Positions 9,691 through 18,462 of a stretch of 64,000 bases of DNA are shown piece after piece. Within the stretch, counting starts at the first letter, position 1. Every line of letters starts with the position of its first letter. The notes beneath the pieces were generated by a model. It was not told the origin of the DNA. It did no database searches and saw only the letters and a program-made list of their open reading frames with translations. The position numbers and the translations under genes are program-made. Source of the DNA: Planctomycetota bacterium (GTDB lineage: Bacteria; Planctomycetota; B15-G4; SIAN01); assembly GCA_031409275.1 (NCBI GenBank), contig JANNXA010000044.1, forward strand, positions 45,830 through 109,829, read 5' to 3'.

Positions 9691-10368
9691 ATGCGCGTCC
9701 TGCCTGCCCTCTTCGCCGTCGCCCTTGCAGCGGCCGCGCGCGACTCGACGACGGAAGACTTCGAGCAGGCGCCGCTGGAACAGTGCCCGCCAGGATTCAC
9801 CGCGGCGACGACACTCGGTCGTCCGGAGCTGAAGGCGGAGCAGGCGGTCTGGCAGATCGCGGCCGACACCGCCGCCCCGTCCGGCAAGCAGGTCGTGCGA
9901 CTGCTGCGGAGCGCCAACCGCGACGAGCTCTTCAACCTCCTGCTGCGCGACGCCGTCCCGCCGGCGGACGTCGCGCTGTCGGTGCGTCTGCGCGCCGATG
10001 GCGGCGAAGAGGACCGCGGCGGCGGCGTGTTGTGGCGCGCGGTCGACGCCCAGAACTACTACGTCACTCGCTGGAACCCGCTCGAGAAGAACCTGCGCGT
10101 CTATCGCGTCGTCGATGGCAAGCGCGTGCAGCTGCAGTCGGTGCCGATCGAAGCCGACGCCAGGACGTGGCACACGCTTGCGGTGGTGATGCGCGGCCGC
10201 GTGATCGAAGTCTCGTTCGATGGCACCAAGGCGGCATCGTGCGCGGACCCGACGTTTGCCGCCGCCGGCAAGGTCGGGTTGTGGACGCGCTCGAACGCCG
10301 TCAGCTCGTTCGACGACCTGGTGGTGGGCGAGGCTCCGCAGCTGCCGCCCATCCGCTTTCCTAGGTGA
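9691..10368 (+). CDS. Secreted DUF1080 / ConA-like beta-sandwich protein
   Basis: Signal peptide, RBS AGGAG, 'GGGVLWRAVDAQNYYV', 'WHTLAV', 'GKVGLWT', 'SFDDL'. Confidence 0.7.
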   Translation: MRVLPALFAVALAAAARDSTTEDFEQAPLEQCPPGFTAATTLGRPELKAEQAVWQIAADTAAPSGKQVVRLLRSANRDELFNLLLRDAVPPADVALSVRLRADGGEEDRGGGVLWRAVDAQNYYVTRWNPLEKNLRVYRVVDGKRVQLQSVPIEADARTWHTLAVVMRGRVIEVSFDGTKAASCADPTFAAAGKVGLWTRSNAVSSFDDLVVGEAPQLPPIRFPR

Positions 10369-10486
10369 TCCCCCGCTCGGCATCTCTCCTCATCGAGCGC
10401 AGCAACCCGCAACGTCGACGCTCTTCTCGACAACGCTGACAACGCCAATTCCGGCGGTCGTCACGGTGTCCCTTCGAGATCAGCGC

Positions 10487-13327
10487 ATGAACCTTCGAGA
10501 GTTCCGCGGCCTTCGTGGAAAGCTGGTCGCGAGCCTGGCTCTGGCCACGCTGGTGCCCATGGGGTTGGTCAGCTCGATCACCCTGACGAAGGCCGATCGA
10601 TCCATCGAAGAGCGCGTCGGGGCGAATCTCGCCGACCATGCGCGCGCGGCGATCGACAAGATCGACCGCAACCTCTTCGAGCGCTACGGCGATGTGCAGT
10701 CCTTCGCGTTCCACCCTGCTGCGCGCGGCTCGGCGGCGGAAGTCACCGCCGCGGCCAACTTCTTCTGCAAGGCCTACGGCATCTACGACCTGATGTTGAT
10801 CGTCGACCTCGACGGCAAGGTCGTCGCGTGCAACGACGTCGCCGCGGACGGCAAACCGATCGCGAGTCGTGAGCTGCTCGGCACCGACGTCTCCACCGAG
10901 CCCTGGTTCGCCGCGGTCCGCAGCGGCACGATCGCCACCGGCGAGTCGTGGTACGCCGATCCGCGCCGCGAACCGCTCGTGCGACGTGCCTGCGGCGGTG
11001 ACGGCTACGCGCTGACGTTCGCCGCGCCGATCGGTGATGCCGCCGGCCGAATGCAGCGCATCTGGGTCAACTACGCCTCCTGGTCGCGGGTCGTCGGCGA
11101 GATCACCGACGAGGTCCGCTCCCAACTCGCCATGGTCGGATCCAAAACGGTCACGACGCAAGTGCTGGCACGCGATGGCACGCGCCTCGACAACCTCGAT
11201 TCGACGGATGCCCTCTCGGCCAGCCCGGGATCGTCGAGATTCGCCGTCACCGCGCACAAGGAGTCGGGCGTCGACGGTTTCACGGTCGAAGACGACCCCG
11301 CCGGCGCGCAGCTCGTCGGGCGCGCGCGCTCCACTGGAGCGCTCGGTTTCGCCGGCTACGGTTGGAACGTCCTGGTCCGACAGCAAGCCGGCGAGGCGCG
11401 TGCGGCAACGAGTCAGCTGCACGCGACGTTCTGGACCATCGCCGGCGCCGTCATCCTCATCGGGCTGGCCTTCTCGATCTGGTTCTCCGCCAGCCTCGCC
11501 ACGCCGTTGCGTTCGACCTGCGCAGTCGTCGAGTCGGTCGCGCGTGGCGAACTCGGCCGGGCGCTGAACGTCGATTCCCATGACGAGATCGGGCGCATGG
11601 CCAACGCCGTCCGCCACACGAGTGCCGTGCTCGGTGCGCTGGTCGCCGAATCGTCGCGTCTGCTCGCGGCCGCCAAGGAGGGACGCCTCGGCGAGCGCAT
11701 CGACGCCAGCAAGTTCGACGGCAGCTACCGCGAGCTGTGCAATGGCATGAACGACCTGCTGGCCACCATCGCAACGCCGATCCGTGAAGGGTCGGCGGTG
11801 CTGCATCAACTCGCGCGCGGCAACCTCGACGCCGAGCTGACGGGCTCGTTCCCGGGCGAGCTCCAGGCGATCCCCGACTCGGTCCGCAACATCGGCAGCG
11901 TGCTGCGCCAGTTGATCGCGCAGTTGCATGGCCTGGTCGCTGCAGCCGACGCCGGCCAGCTTTCCGCGCGACTCGACGCCGGCCCCTTCGAGGGCAGCTG
12001 GCGCGAGCTGTGCACGCAGATGAACCGGATGCTCGACGGACTGCTCGCGCCGATCGGCGAGGCGAGCGCGGTGCTGGCGCGCGTGGCGCAGGGCGACCTC
12101 ACCGCGACGATGAAGCTCGAGTGCCGCGGCGATCATCGCCGTGTGCAAGAGCATCTCGAGCAGACCACGACCGTCCTGCGCTCGGTCACCAGCGAGTTGT
12201 CGCGACGGATCGCCGCCTGTCGAGAGGGTCGACTCAGCGAGCGAGCGCCGCTCGGTTCGCTGGCCGGCAGCTATCGCGAGCTGCTCGAGCAGGTGAACCA
12301 GATGCTCGACAGCGTCGTGCAGCCGATCCAGGAGGCGGGAGGCGTGCTGGAACGCGTCGCCGGTGGCGACCTCACGGCGCGCGTGACCGGCGACTACTCA
12401 GGCGACCACAACCGCATGAAGGTGGCGGTCAACTCCGCCGTCGATGCGATGGCAGGCGCGGTGCACGAGATCGCGGCGAGCGCCGATCAGCTCGGCAGCG
12501 CGGCCAACGAGTTCTCCGCGACGGCGCGCGAGATGGGAGCGAAGAGCGAGGAGACCGGCGCGCAGGTTCGCTTCGCCAGCGACCGCTGCGAGCACGTGCA
12601 CAAGAGCATCCAATCGGTGGCCGCAGCCGCCGAAGAGCTCTCCGTCTCGATCCGCGAGATCGCCCGCAATTCTTCGGACGCCAGCACGATGGCGACCGAC
12701 GCGGTTCAGTCGGCCCAATCGACCAACGATTCCGTCCAGCGGCTCGGCCAATCGAGCCTCGAGATCGGCAATGTCGTCAAGCTGATCGCGTCGATCGCCG
12801 AGCAGACCAATCTGCTGGCACTCAATGCTGCCATCGAGGCGGCGCGTGCCGGCGATGCTGGCAGGGGCTTCGCCGTGGTCGCCAACGAGGTGAAGGAGCT
12901 CGCCCGTCAGACCGCTGGCGCGACCGATCAGATCGGCAAACACATCGCGACGATCCAGGCCGACACGCGCGGCGCCGTCACCGCGATCCAGGGAATCGGA
13001 CAGGTGGTGAAGCAGATCTCCGAGTACCAGAACTCCATCGCCAGCGCCGTCGAGGAGCAGAGCGCGACGACGCAGGAGATCAGCCGCAGCGTGAACGAGG
13101 CGGCCTGCGCGAGCGCAGAGATCGCGGTGTCGATGACCGGCGTCAACAAGACCGCACAGCAGAACGTGTCCGGCGCCACGAAGACCCGCGACGGCTCGCA
13201 CGAACTCGAGCAGATGGCGCTCGGGCTGCAGCGACTGGTCGGCCGCTTCGAGCTGGGCGCCGCCGAGATCGCGGCGGCGAGGCCCGCACGCGAGCGCGAA
13301 CCCGAACCGGAGCTCGCTCGCGCATGA
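10487..13327 (+). CDS. Methyl-accepting chemotaxis protein (Cache-type sensor, multiple HAMP domains)
   Basis: Two TMs, repeated HAMP units ('G.YREL...N.MLD'), signalling hairpin 'IAEQTNLLALNAAIEAARAGDAGRGFAVVANEVKELA'. Confidence 0.95.
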   Translation: MNLREFRGLRGKLVASLALATLVPMGLVSSITLTKADRSIEERVGANLADHARAAIDKIDRNLFERYGDVQSFAFHPAARGSAAEVTAAANFFCKAYGIYDLMLIVDLDGKVVACNDVAADGKPIASRELLGTDVSTEPWFAAVRSGTIATGESWYADPRREPLVRRACGGDGYALTFAAPIGDAAGRMQRIWVNYASWSRVVGEITDEVRSQLAMVGSKTVTTQVLARDGTRLDNLDSTDALSASPGSSRFAVTAHKESGVDGFTVEDDPAGAQLVGRARSTGALGFAGYGWNVLVRQQAGEARAATSQLHATFWTIAGAVILIGLAFSIWFSASLATPLRSTCAVVESVARGELGRALNVDSHDEIGRMANAVRHTSAVLGALVAESSRLLAAAKEGRLGERIDASKFDGSYRELCNGMNDLLATIATPIREGSAVLHQLARGNLDAELTGSFPGELQAIPDSVRNIGSVLRQLIAQLHGLVAAADAGQLSARLDAGPFEGSWRELCTQMNRMLDGLLAPIGEASAVLARVAQGDLTATMKLECRGDHRRVQEHLEQTTTVLRSVTSELSRRIAACREGRLSERAPLGSLAGSYRELLEQVNQMLDSVVQPIQEAGGVLERVAGGDLTARVTGDYSGDHNRMKVAVNSAVDAMAGAVHEIAASADQLGSAANEFSATAREMGAKSEETGAQVRFASDRCEHVHKSIQSVAAAAEELSVSIREIARNSSDASTMATDAVQSAQSTNDSVQRLGQSSLEIGNVVKLIASIAEQTNLLALNAAIEAARAGDAGRGFAVVANEVKELARQTAGATDQIGKHIATIQADTRGAVTAIQGIGQVVKQISEYQNSIASAVEEQSATTQEISRSVNEAACASAEIAVSMTGVNKTAQQNVSGATKTRDGSHELEQMALGLQRLVGRFELGAAEIAAARPAREREPEPELARA

Positions 13328-13506
13328 GCCGGCGGGCGTACCGGACTCGAGAGAGCGGCGACGACCGCGCTCGCGCCGCAGTCGCGAAGTGCTGCGCTGC
13401 TCGCGACAACTTCGCCATGTGGTGCGAGTCGGCTCGCCTGCCCGGCTAGTGTTCGCGCGCGGCCCGAATCCCGAGCCGCGCACCACGCGATCGATCGGAG
13501 CAGCGC

Positions 13507-13638
13507 ATGGCCAAGACGAAGGCGAAGGCGAAGAAGAACGCGAAGAAGAAGCCCGCGACGACCGCCAAGAAGACGCGCGGCAAGGCGTTGCGGGCGCGCA
13601 ACGACGCGAAGTTCAAGGTCGGCAAGGACCTGCGCTAA
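13507..13638 (+). CDS. Small Lys-rich basic protein (43 aa), absent from the ORF track
   Basis: GGAG 6 nt before ATG; MAKTKAKAKKNAKKKPATTAKKTRGKALRARNDAKFKVGKDLR*; every sense codon ends in G/C. Confidence 0.7.
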   Translation: MAKTKAKAKKNAKKKPATTAKKTRGKALRARNDAKFKVGKDLR

Positions 13639-13752
13639 GCACCAACGGGAACGCCTTCCGCGGGGCATCGCCCCGAACGGGTGCTCGCGGAGGCGGCCGT
13701 GATCGAGTGATGCGGACGCTCGCGACGAGCGGCGTCGGCCGGCCCCGACCGA

Positions 13753-14835
13753 TCAGCGCTTGAGCCAGTGCGCGTACTGGATCGGCAGGAGCTGCTGCGG
13801 CTTCTCGACGCCGAGCGCCTTGGCGGCGTGGAACGGCCAGTAGGCGTCCTTCAGCATCTCGCGCGCCAGGATCACGCAGTCGGCGTGGCCCTCCTTGACG
13901 ACCGCCTCGGCCTGCGCCGGGTCGCCGATCATCCAGCCGGCACCGCACGGCAGGCCCACTTCGCGACGGATGCGCGAGGTGGTCGGCACCATGAAGCCCG
14001 GACCCCACGGGATCTTCGAGATGTCGGGCGTCACGAAGCCCTGGCTCACGTCGATGAAGTCGAGACCGCGGGCTTTCAGCCGCTTCAAGAGCTCGATCGA
14101 TTCCTCGACCGTCACGCCACCCTCGACCCAATCGGTCACCGAGAGGCGCACCGCCAGCGGGAAGCGATCGGGCCACGCCGCGCGCACGGCGTCGAACGTC
14201 TCGATCAGGAAGCGGCAGCGGTTCTCGAAGCTGCCGCCGTATTCGTCGGTGCGCTGGTTCGAGAGCGGCGAGAAGAACTCGTGCGCAAGGTAGCCGTGCG
14301 CGAAATGGAGCTCGAGGAAGCGGTAGCCAGCGGCGACGGCGCGCTTCGTGGCGGCGGCGAAGTCGTCGCGCACCTTGGCGATCTCCGGCTTCGTCAGCGC
14401 CCTCGGCGTGAACGGCAGGTTGGCGCCGAACGCCTGCGCGGAGGGCGCGAGGATCGGCCACGGTTTCTCGTCGGGGCCGAGGTGCTTGTCCCCCTCCCAC
14501 GGCCGCTGTGCGCTCGCCTTGCGGCCGGCGTGACCGATCTGGAGTCCCGCCACGGCTCCATGCTGCTCGACGAACTTCGTGATGCGCGCGAGCGGCTCGA
14601 TCTGCGCGTCCGACCAGAGCCCGGCGTCGCCGTAGCTGATGCGCCCCTCAGCGGAGACCGCCGTCGCCTCGGCGATGACGAGTCCGGCGCCACCCACCGC
14701 GCGCGCGCCGAGGTGAACCAGATGCCAGTCGGTCGCCTTGCCGTCCTCCGAGGAGTACTGGCACATGGGCGAAACGACCACGCGATTGCGCAGCGTGACG
14801 GACCGGAGCGTGAGCGGCGTGAAGAGCGCGGCCAT
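13753..14835 (-). CDS. NADH:flavin oxidoreductase, Old Yellow Enzyme family (YqjM/NamA-like)
   Basis: 'NRVVVSPMCQYS', 'HAGRKAS', 'HFAHGYL', 'NQRTDEYGGSFENR'. Confidence 0.93.
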   Translation of the reverse strand: MAALFTPLTLRSVTLRNRVVVSPMCQYSSEDGKATDWHLVHLGARAVGGAGLVIAEATAVSAEGRISYGDAGLWSDAQIEPLARITKFVEQHGAVAGLQIGHAGRKASAQRPWEGDKHLGPDEKPWPILAPSAQAFGANLPFTPRALTKPEIAKVRDDFAAATKRAVAAGYRFLELHFAHGYLAHEFFSPLSNQRTDEYGGSFENRCRFLIETFDAVRAAWPDRFPLAVRLSVTDWVEGGVTVEESIELLKRLKARGLDFIDVSQGFVTPDISKIPWGPGFMVPTTSRIRREVGLPCGAGWMIGDPAQAEAVVKEGHADCVILAREMLKDAYWPFHAAKALGVEKPQQLLPIQYAHWLKR

Positions 14836-15082
14836 TGGCGGACCTCATGACTGGGAAGCGAAGGAGCCGAGAACGCTACCAGCCCTCTGGAGAAGTCGCC
14901 GCGCGTCTGCTGAGTGGATTTCGACTCGGAACGAGGAGGAGGTTCGAAGCCGACTCCGGGTCGAGTTGTCGAGGAGCTCCGACGAAGTCGTGGCTTGCGA
15001 GACGCCGTCGCGCAACACGAAGAGTTCTCCCGCGGGCTGCTAGCGTGCGCACCGTCGTCCGCATCACTCGGAGAGCGCTTCG

Positions 15083-16876
15083 ATGACCTGGGAGTTGTGG
15101 TTCACGCTGGCGGTGCTGCTGCTGATGGTGGCGGCGCTGGCAAAGAACTTCGCGACCGACATGGTGATGGTCGCGACGCTGGCCGCGTTCATGACCGCCG
15201 GACTTTGGAGCGACAAGTTCCCGAGCGGCGCGAAGCTGGTCGCCGGGCTTGGCAACGACGCGCTGGTGACGGTGGCCGTGCTCTACGTCGTGGTCACGGG
15301 TCTGGCGCGCACGGGCGCGATGCAGATGCTGACCCGGCCGTTGATGGGGCGACCGAAGTCGGTCAGCTCGGCGCAGCTGCGGGTGATGGCGCCATGCGCG
15401 GTGCTCTCGCCCTTCCTGAACAACACGCCGATCGTGGCGATGTTCCTGCCGGTGGTGAGCGACCTCTGCAAGCGCACCGGGATCTCGCCGTCGAAGCTCT
15501 TCATCCCGCTCTCCTTCTCCACGATCCTCGGCGGCTGCTGCACGCTGATCGGCACCAGCACGAACATGGTCATCGCCGGGCTCGTCGTCGCGGAGACGGG
15601 GCGCCACGATCTGCTGCGCATGTTCGACCTCGCCTGGGTCGGCGTGCCGTGCACGGTCGTCGGCATCGCCTTCCTCGTGCTCACGGGCCGCTGGCTGCTG
15701 CCCAACCGCAAGTCGACGCTCGACGTCGGCGGCGATCCGCGCGAGTACACCGTGAGCATGGAGGTCGAGCCGGGCAGCCCGCTGGCCGGCCAGTCGATCG
15801 AAGCAGCCGGGCTGCGCGGCCTGCCGGGCGTCTACCTCGCGGAGATCGACCGACGCGGCCACGTGCTGCCGGCGGTCGCGTCGACCGACCTGCTCGAGGC
15901 AGGCGACCGTCTCGTCTTCGTCGGCATCGTCGACTCGGTCGTCGACCTGCAGAAGATCCGCGGCCTGCGCCCCGCCACCAACCAGATCTTCAAGCTCGAC
16001 GCGCCGCGCGCCGAGCGCTGCATGCTCGAGGCGGTCGTCTCCGGCCACTGCCGGCTGATCGGCCAGTCGATCCGCGACGGCAAGTTCCGCAGCGTCTACA
16101 ACGCCGCGGTCATCGCGGTCGCGCGCGCCGGCCACCGGCTGAAGCAGAAGATCGGCGACATCGTGCTGCGTCCCGGCGACACACTGCTGCTCGAGGCGCA
16201 TCCCGAGTTCGCCGACCAGCAGAAGAACTCGAAGGAGTTCTTCCTCGTCTCGAAGCTGGCCGACTCGACGCCGCCCGGCCACGAGAAGGCGTGGCTCGCC
16301 GCCGGCATCACCGTCGCGATGGTCCTCGTCGCCGGCTTCGAGTGGCTGTCGATGATGCACGCCGGCTTGCTGGCGGCGATGGCGATGCTGCTGACCGGTT
16401 GCTGCACCACGCAGGCGGCGCGGCGCAGCCTCGACTGGGAAGTGCTGATCACCATCGCGGCCGCGCTCGGCATCGGCGAGACGATGCGCACGACGGGCCT
16501 CGCCGCGACCATCGCGAACGGCGCCGTCGGGCTGGTGCACGGCAGTCCGTGGCTCGCGTTGGTCGTGATCTACTTCACGACGATGGTGCTGACCGAGCTC
16601 TTGAGCAACAACGCGACCGCCGCGCTGATGTACCCCATCACCATGGCGACCGCGCACTCGCTCGGCGCCGATCCCAAGCCGTTCCTGGTCGCGATCATGA
16701 TCGCGGCGTCCTGCGGGTTCGCGACGCCGTTTGGCTACCAGACCCACCTCATGGTCTATGGGCCCGGCGGCTACAAGTTCTCCGACTTCCTGCGCGTCGG
16801 TGTGCTGCTCGATCTGCTGGTGATGGCGGTGACCATCACGGTCGCGCCACTGGTGTGGCCGCTGCTGCCCAAGTGA
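15083..16876 (+). CDS. SLC13/DASS family permease with TrkA-C (RCK_C) domains
   Basis: 'FLNNTPIV', 'GGCCTLIGTSTN', 'TELLSNNA', 'TPFGYQTHLMVYGPGGYKFSDF'. Confidence 0.92.
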   Translation: MTWELWFTLAVLLLMVAALAKNFATDMVMVATLAAFMTAGLWSDKFPSGAKLVAGLGNDALVTVAVLYVVVTGLARTGAMQMLTRPLMGRPKSVSSAQLRVMAPCAVLSPFLNNTPIVAMFLPVVSDLCKRTGISPSKLFIPLSFSTILGGCCTLIGTSTNMVIAGLVVAETGRHDLLRMFDLAWVGVPCTVVGIAFLVLTGRWLLPNRKSTLDVGGDPREYTVSMEVEPGSPLAGQSIEAAGLRGLPGVYLAEIDRRGHVLPAVASTDLLEAGDRLVFVGIVDSVVDLQKIRGLRPATNQIFKLDAPRAERCMLEAVVSGHCRLIGQSIRDGKFRSVYNAAVIAVARAGHRLKQKIGDIVLRPGDTLLLEAHPEFADQQKNSKEFFLVSKLADSTPPGHEKAWLAAGITVAMVLVAGFEWLSMMHAGLLAAMAMLLTGCCTTQAARRSLDWEVLITIAAALGIGETMRTTGLAATIANGAVGLVHGSPWLALVVIYFTTMVLTELLSNNATAALMYPITMATAHSLGADPKPFLVAIMIAASCGFATPFGYQTHLMVYGPGGYKFSDFLRVGVLLDLLVMAVTITVAPLVWPLLPK

Positions 16877-16900
16877 GCGGCGCCACGCGGCGAAGCGCGC
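16857..16900 (+). repeat. 44-bp exact direct repeat, left copy
   Basis: GGCCGCTGCTGCCCAAGTGAGCGGCGCCACGCGGCGAAGCGCGC, identical to 18532-18575; contains the SLC13 stop codon. Confidence 0.95.
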
Positions 16901-17015
16901 TTCAACGCAGGCGTGGCTTCGGAATCGACGCGAGCCGCCCCCCGGAAGGGACGGCCCGCGGGCTCGAATGACGCGAATGCACACGACACCATTCCGGCGA
17001 CCGAACGTGAGATGC

Positions 17016-17495
17016 TCAGTTGCAGTCCGTGCAGATTCCAGACAAGGTGCCAAGCAGCTTGCCAGTTGGACTTGAACAACTCCCTGAGCATGCTGAGGAG
17101 CAGCGCGTGAAGATGCTGATGGCATTCACGCCGCCACAGTCTTCCGGCCAGTTCTCGAGCCGGAATCCACCTGTCGGAGCAGGACCGAACGGCTTCCACG
17201 GAGGGCCCGATCCGGTGATGTACTCGACGGTGCATCCCGTCCCGCATCCCGCTTTCGCCACGCCGTCGGCGTAGTAGGTGAACTTGCACTGAGTGAGCGT
17301 GCTGCAATCCTCCCTACATGCGCCGTCGCTCGACATGATTCCAAAGTTCAATGTTGACAGATCCAGGCAACCTGAGGGTGCGGTGGAGAGGAGTACCGAA
17401 GACGTACCATCACAGCCATCGCACACCTCGCTTCGGGGCGCGGCCGGAGCGAGGCCGAGCAGCGTTGCTGCAAGCGTGAGCAGAATGAACTTCAT
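17016..17495 (-). CDS. Secreted cysteine-rich hypothetical protein (159 aa, 14 Cys)
   Basis: AAGGAG RBS, signal peptide 'MKFILLTLAATLLGLAPAA', CxxC at both ends and several CxxxC motifs. Confidence 0.75.
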   Translation of the reverse strand: MKFILLTLAATLLGLAPAAPRSEVCDGCDGTSSVLLSTAPSGCLDLSTLNFGIMSSDGACREDCSTLTQCKFTYYADGVAKAGCGTGCTVEYITGSGPPWKPFGPAPTGGFRLENWPEDCGGVNAISIFTRCSSACSGSCSSPTGKLLGTLSGICTDCN

Positions 17496-17698
17496 CACCG
17501 ACTCCTTGTCCTGAGACATCGACAGGCGCACGGACGCCGCGACGGCGACGCCCGGCCATACGCCTGCCCTCGATGAGACACCAACGAACTGGTTCATCGG
17601 GCAACAACAACTGCACTACGCCGCAGTGCGGGTGTTGATTGACCGCGCGCGTCGAACGTGCGCAGCGATCACACGCATACCGCTCGCTGGCCCTGCGA

Positions 17699-18394
17699 TC
17701 ACTTTCGCTCTTCGAGGATCTCGAGCGCTTCACGTTCCCTGCCCTCGAGAATGCCCCCGACGTACTTGTTCAAGTCCTCGAGCGCCGGCTCTTCGCCATG
17801 ATCGAGCGTGATCGAGATGGGCGTCTGATCGGGCAGGAATGTGACATGCACGAGGAACTTGCCCTTGTCGCCGCCAGCGGAGACGCCCCCGAGCGGACCG
17901 GGCACCAGTTTCTTGTAGAGCCCACGCTCGATCCGATCTTTGATGATCCGACCTCGCTCTTCGTCCAGATCCGTCCTGGCGTCCAGGAGATCCTGGTCGG
18001 TTCGTCGCATCGCCGCGAGGAGCCGCGCCTTCTTCACTGGTGCGAGCTCCTCGTCGAACTCGATCCCGCGGGCGCACGCGCGGGCGATCTCGAGCATCGC
18101 GGGGCTCGGCACTGGCGAATCCGAGGCCTGGGTCGAATCAACAGGCGCAACGGGAGCGCCCGCCGTCTCCGACTGGCTCGCTTCCGCGGCGATCAGTTTC
18201 CTGGAAGCTCCGGAGAGCTCCTGAGCGATCGCGGGCTCGGCGACCGGGGCGACGGTTTCGGCGGTCCCGACGGCAGATGGCTTCGAACGTACACCGTGCG
18301 CCGACTTCTGTTCGACCGACCACACGACGATCGTGCCGACGAGAAGCAAACCTGCGCCTAGCCCGAGGAGCATCGATCGTCGACCAGTCTCCAT
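17699..18394 (-). CDS. Membrane-anchored hypothetical protein
   Basis: 'METGRRSMLLGLGAGLLLVGTIVVW' TM anchor, Ala/Pro-rich linker, charged globular C-terminus; this is the real part of the 17699..20758 ORF. Confidence 0.65.
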   Translation of the reverse strand: METGRRSMLLGLGAGLLLVGTIVVWSVEQKSAHGVRSKPSAVGTAETVAPVAEPAIAQELSGASRKLIAAEASQSETAGAPVAPVDSTQASDSPVPSPAMLEIARACARGIEFDEELAPVKKARLLAAMRRTDQDLLDARTDLDEERGRIIKDRIERGLYKKLVPGPLGGVSAGGDKGKFLVHVTFLPDQTPISITLDHGEEPALEDLNKYVGGILEGREREALEILEERK

Positions 18395-18462
18395 GCGAAC
18401 AACTCCCGGGACAGTCGTTTGGTCACAGATCGATGGGGACCATATTGCCCCCCCCCAAGTTG

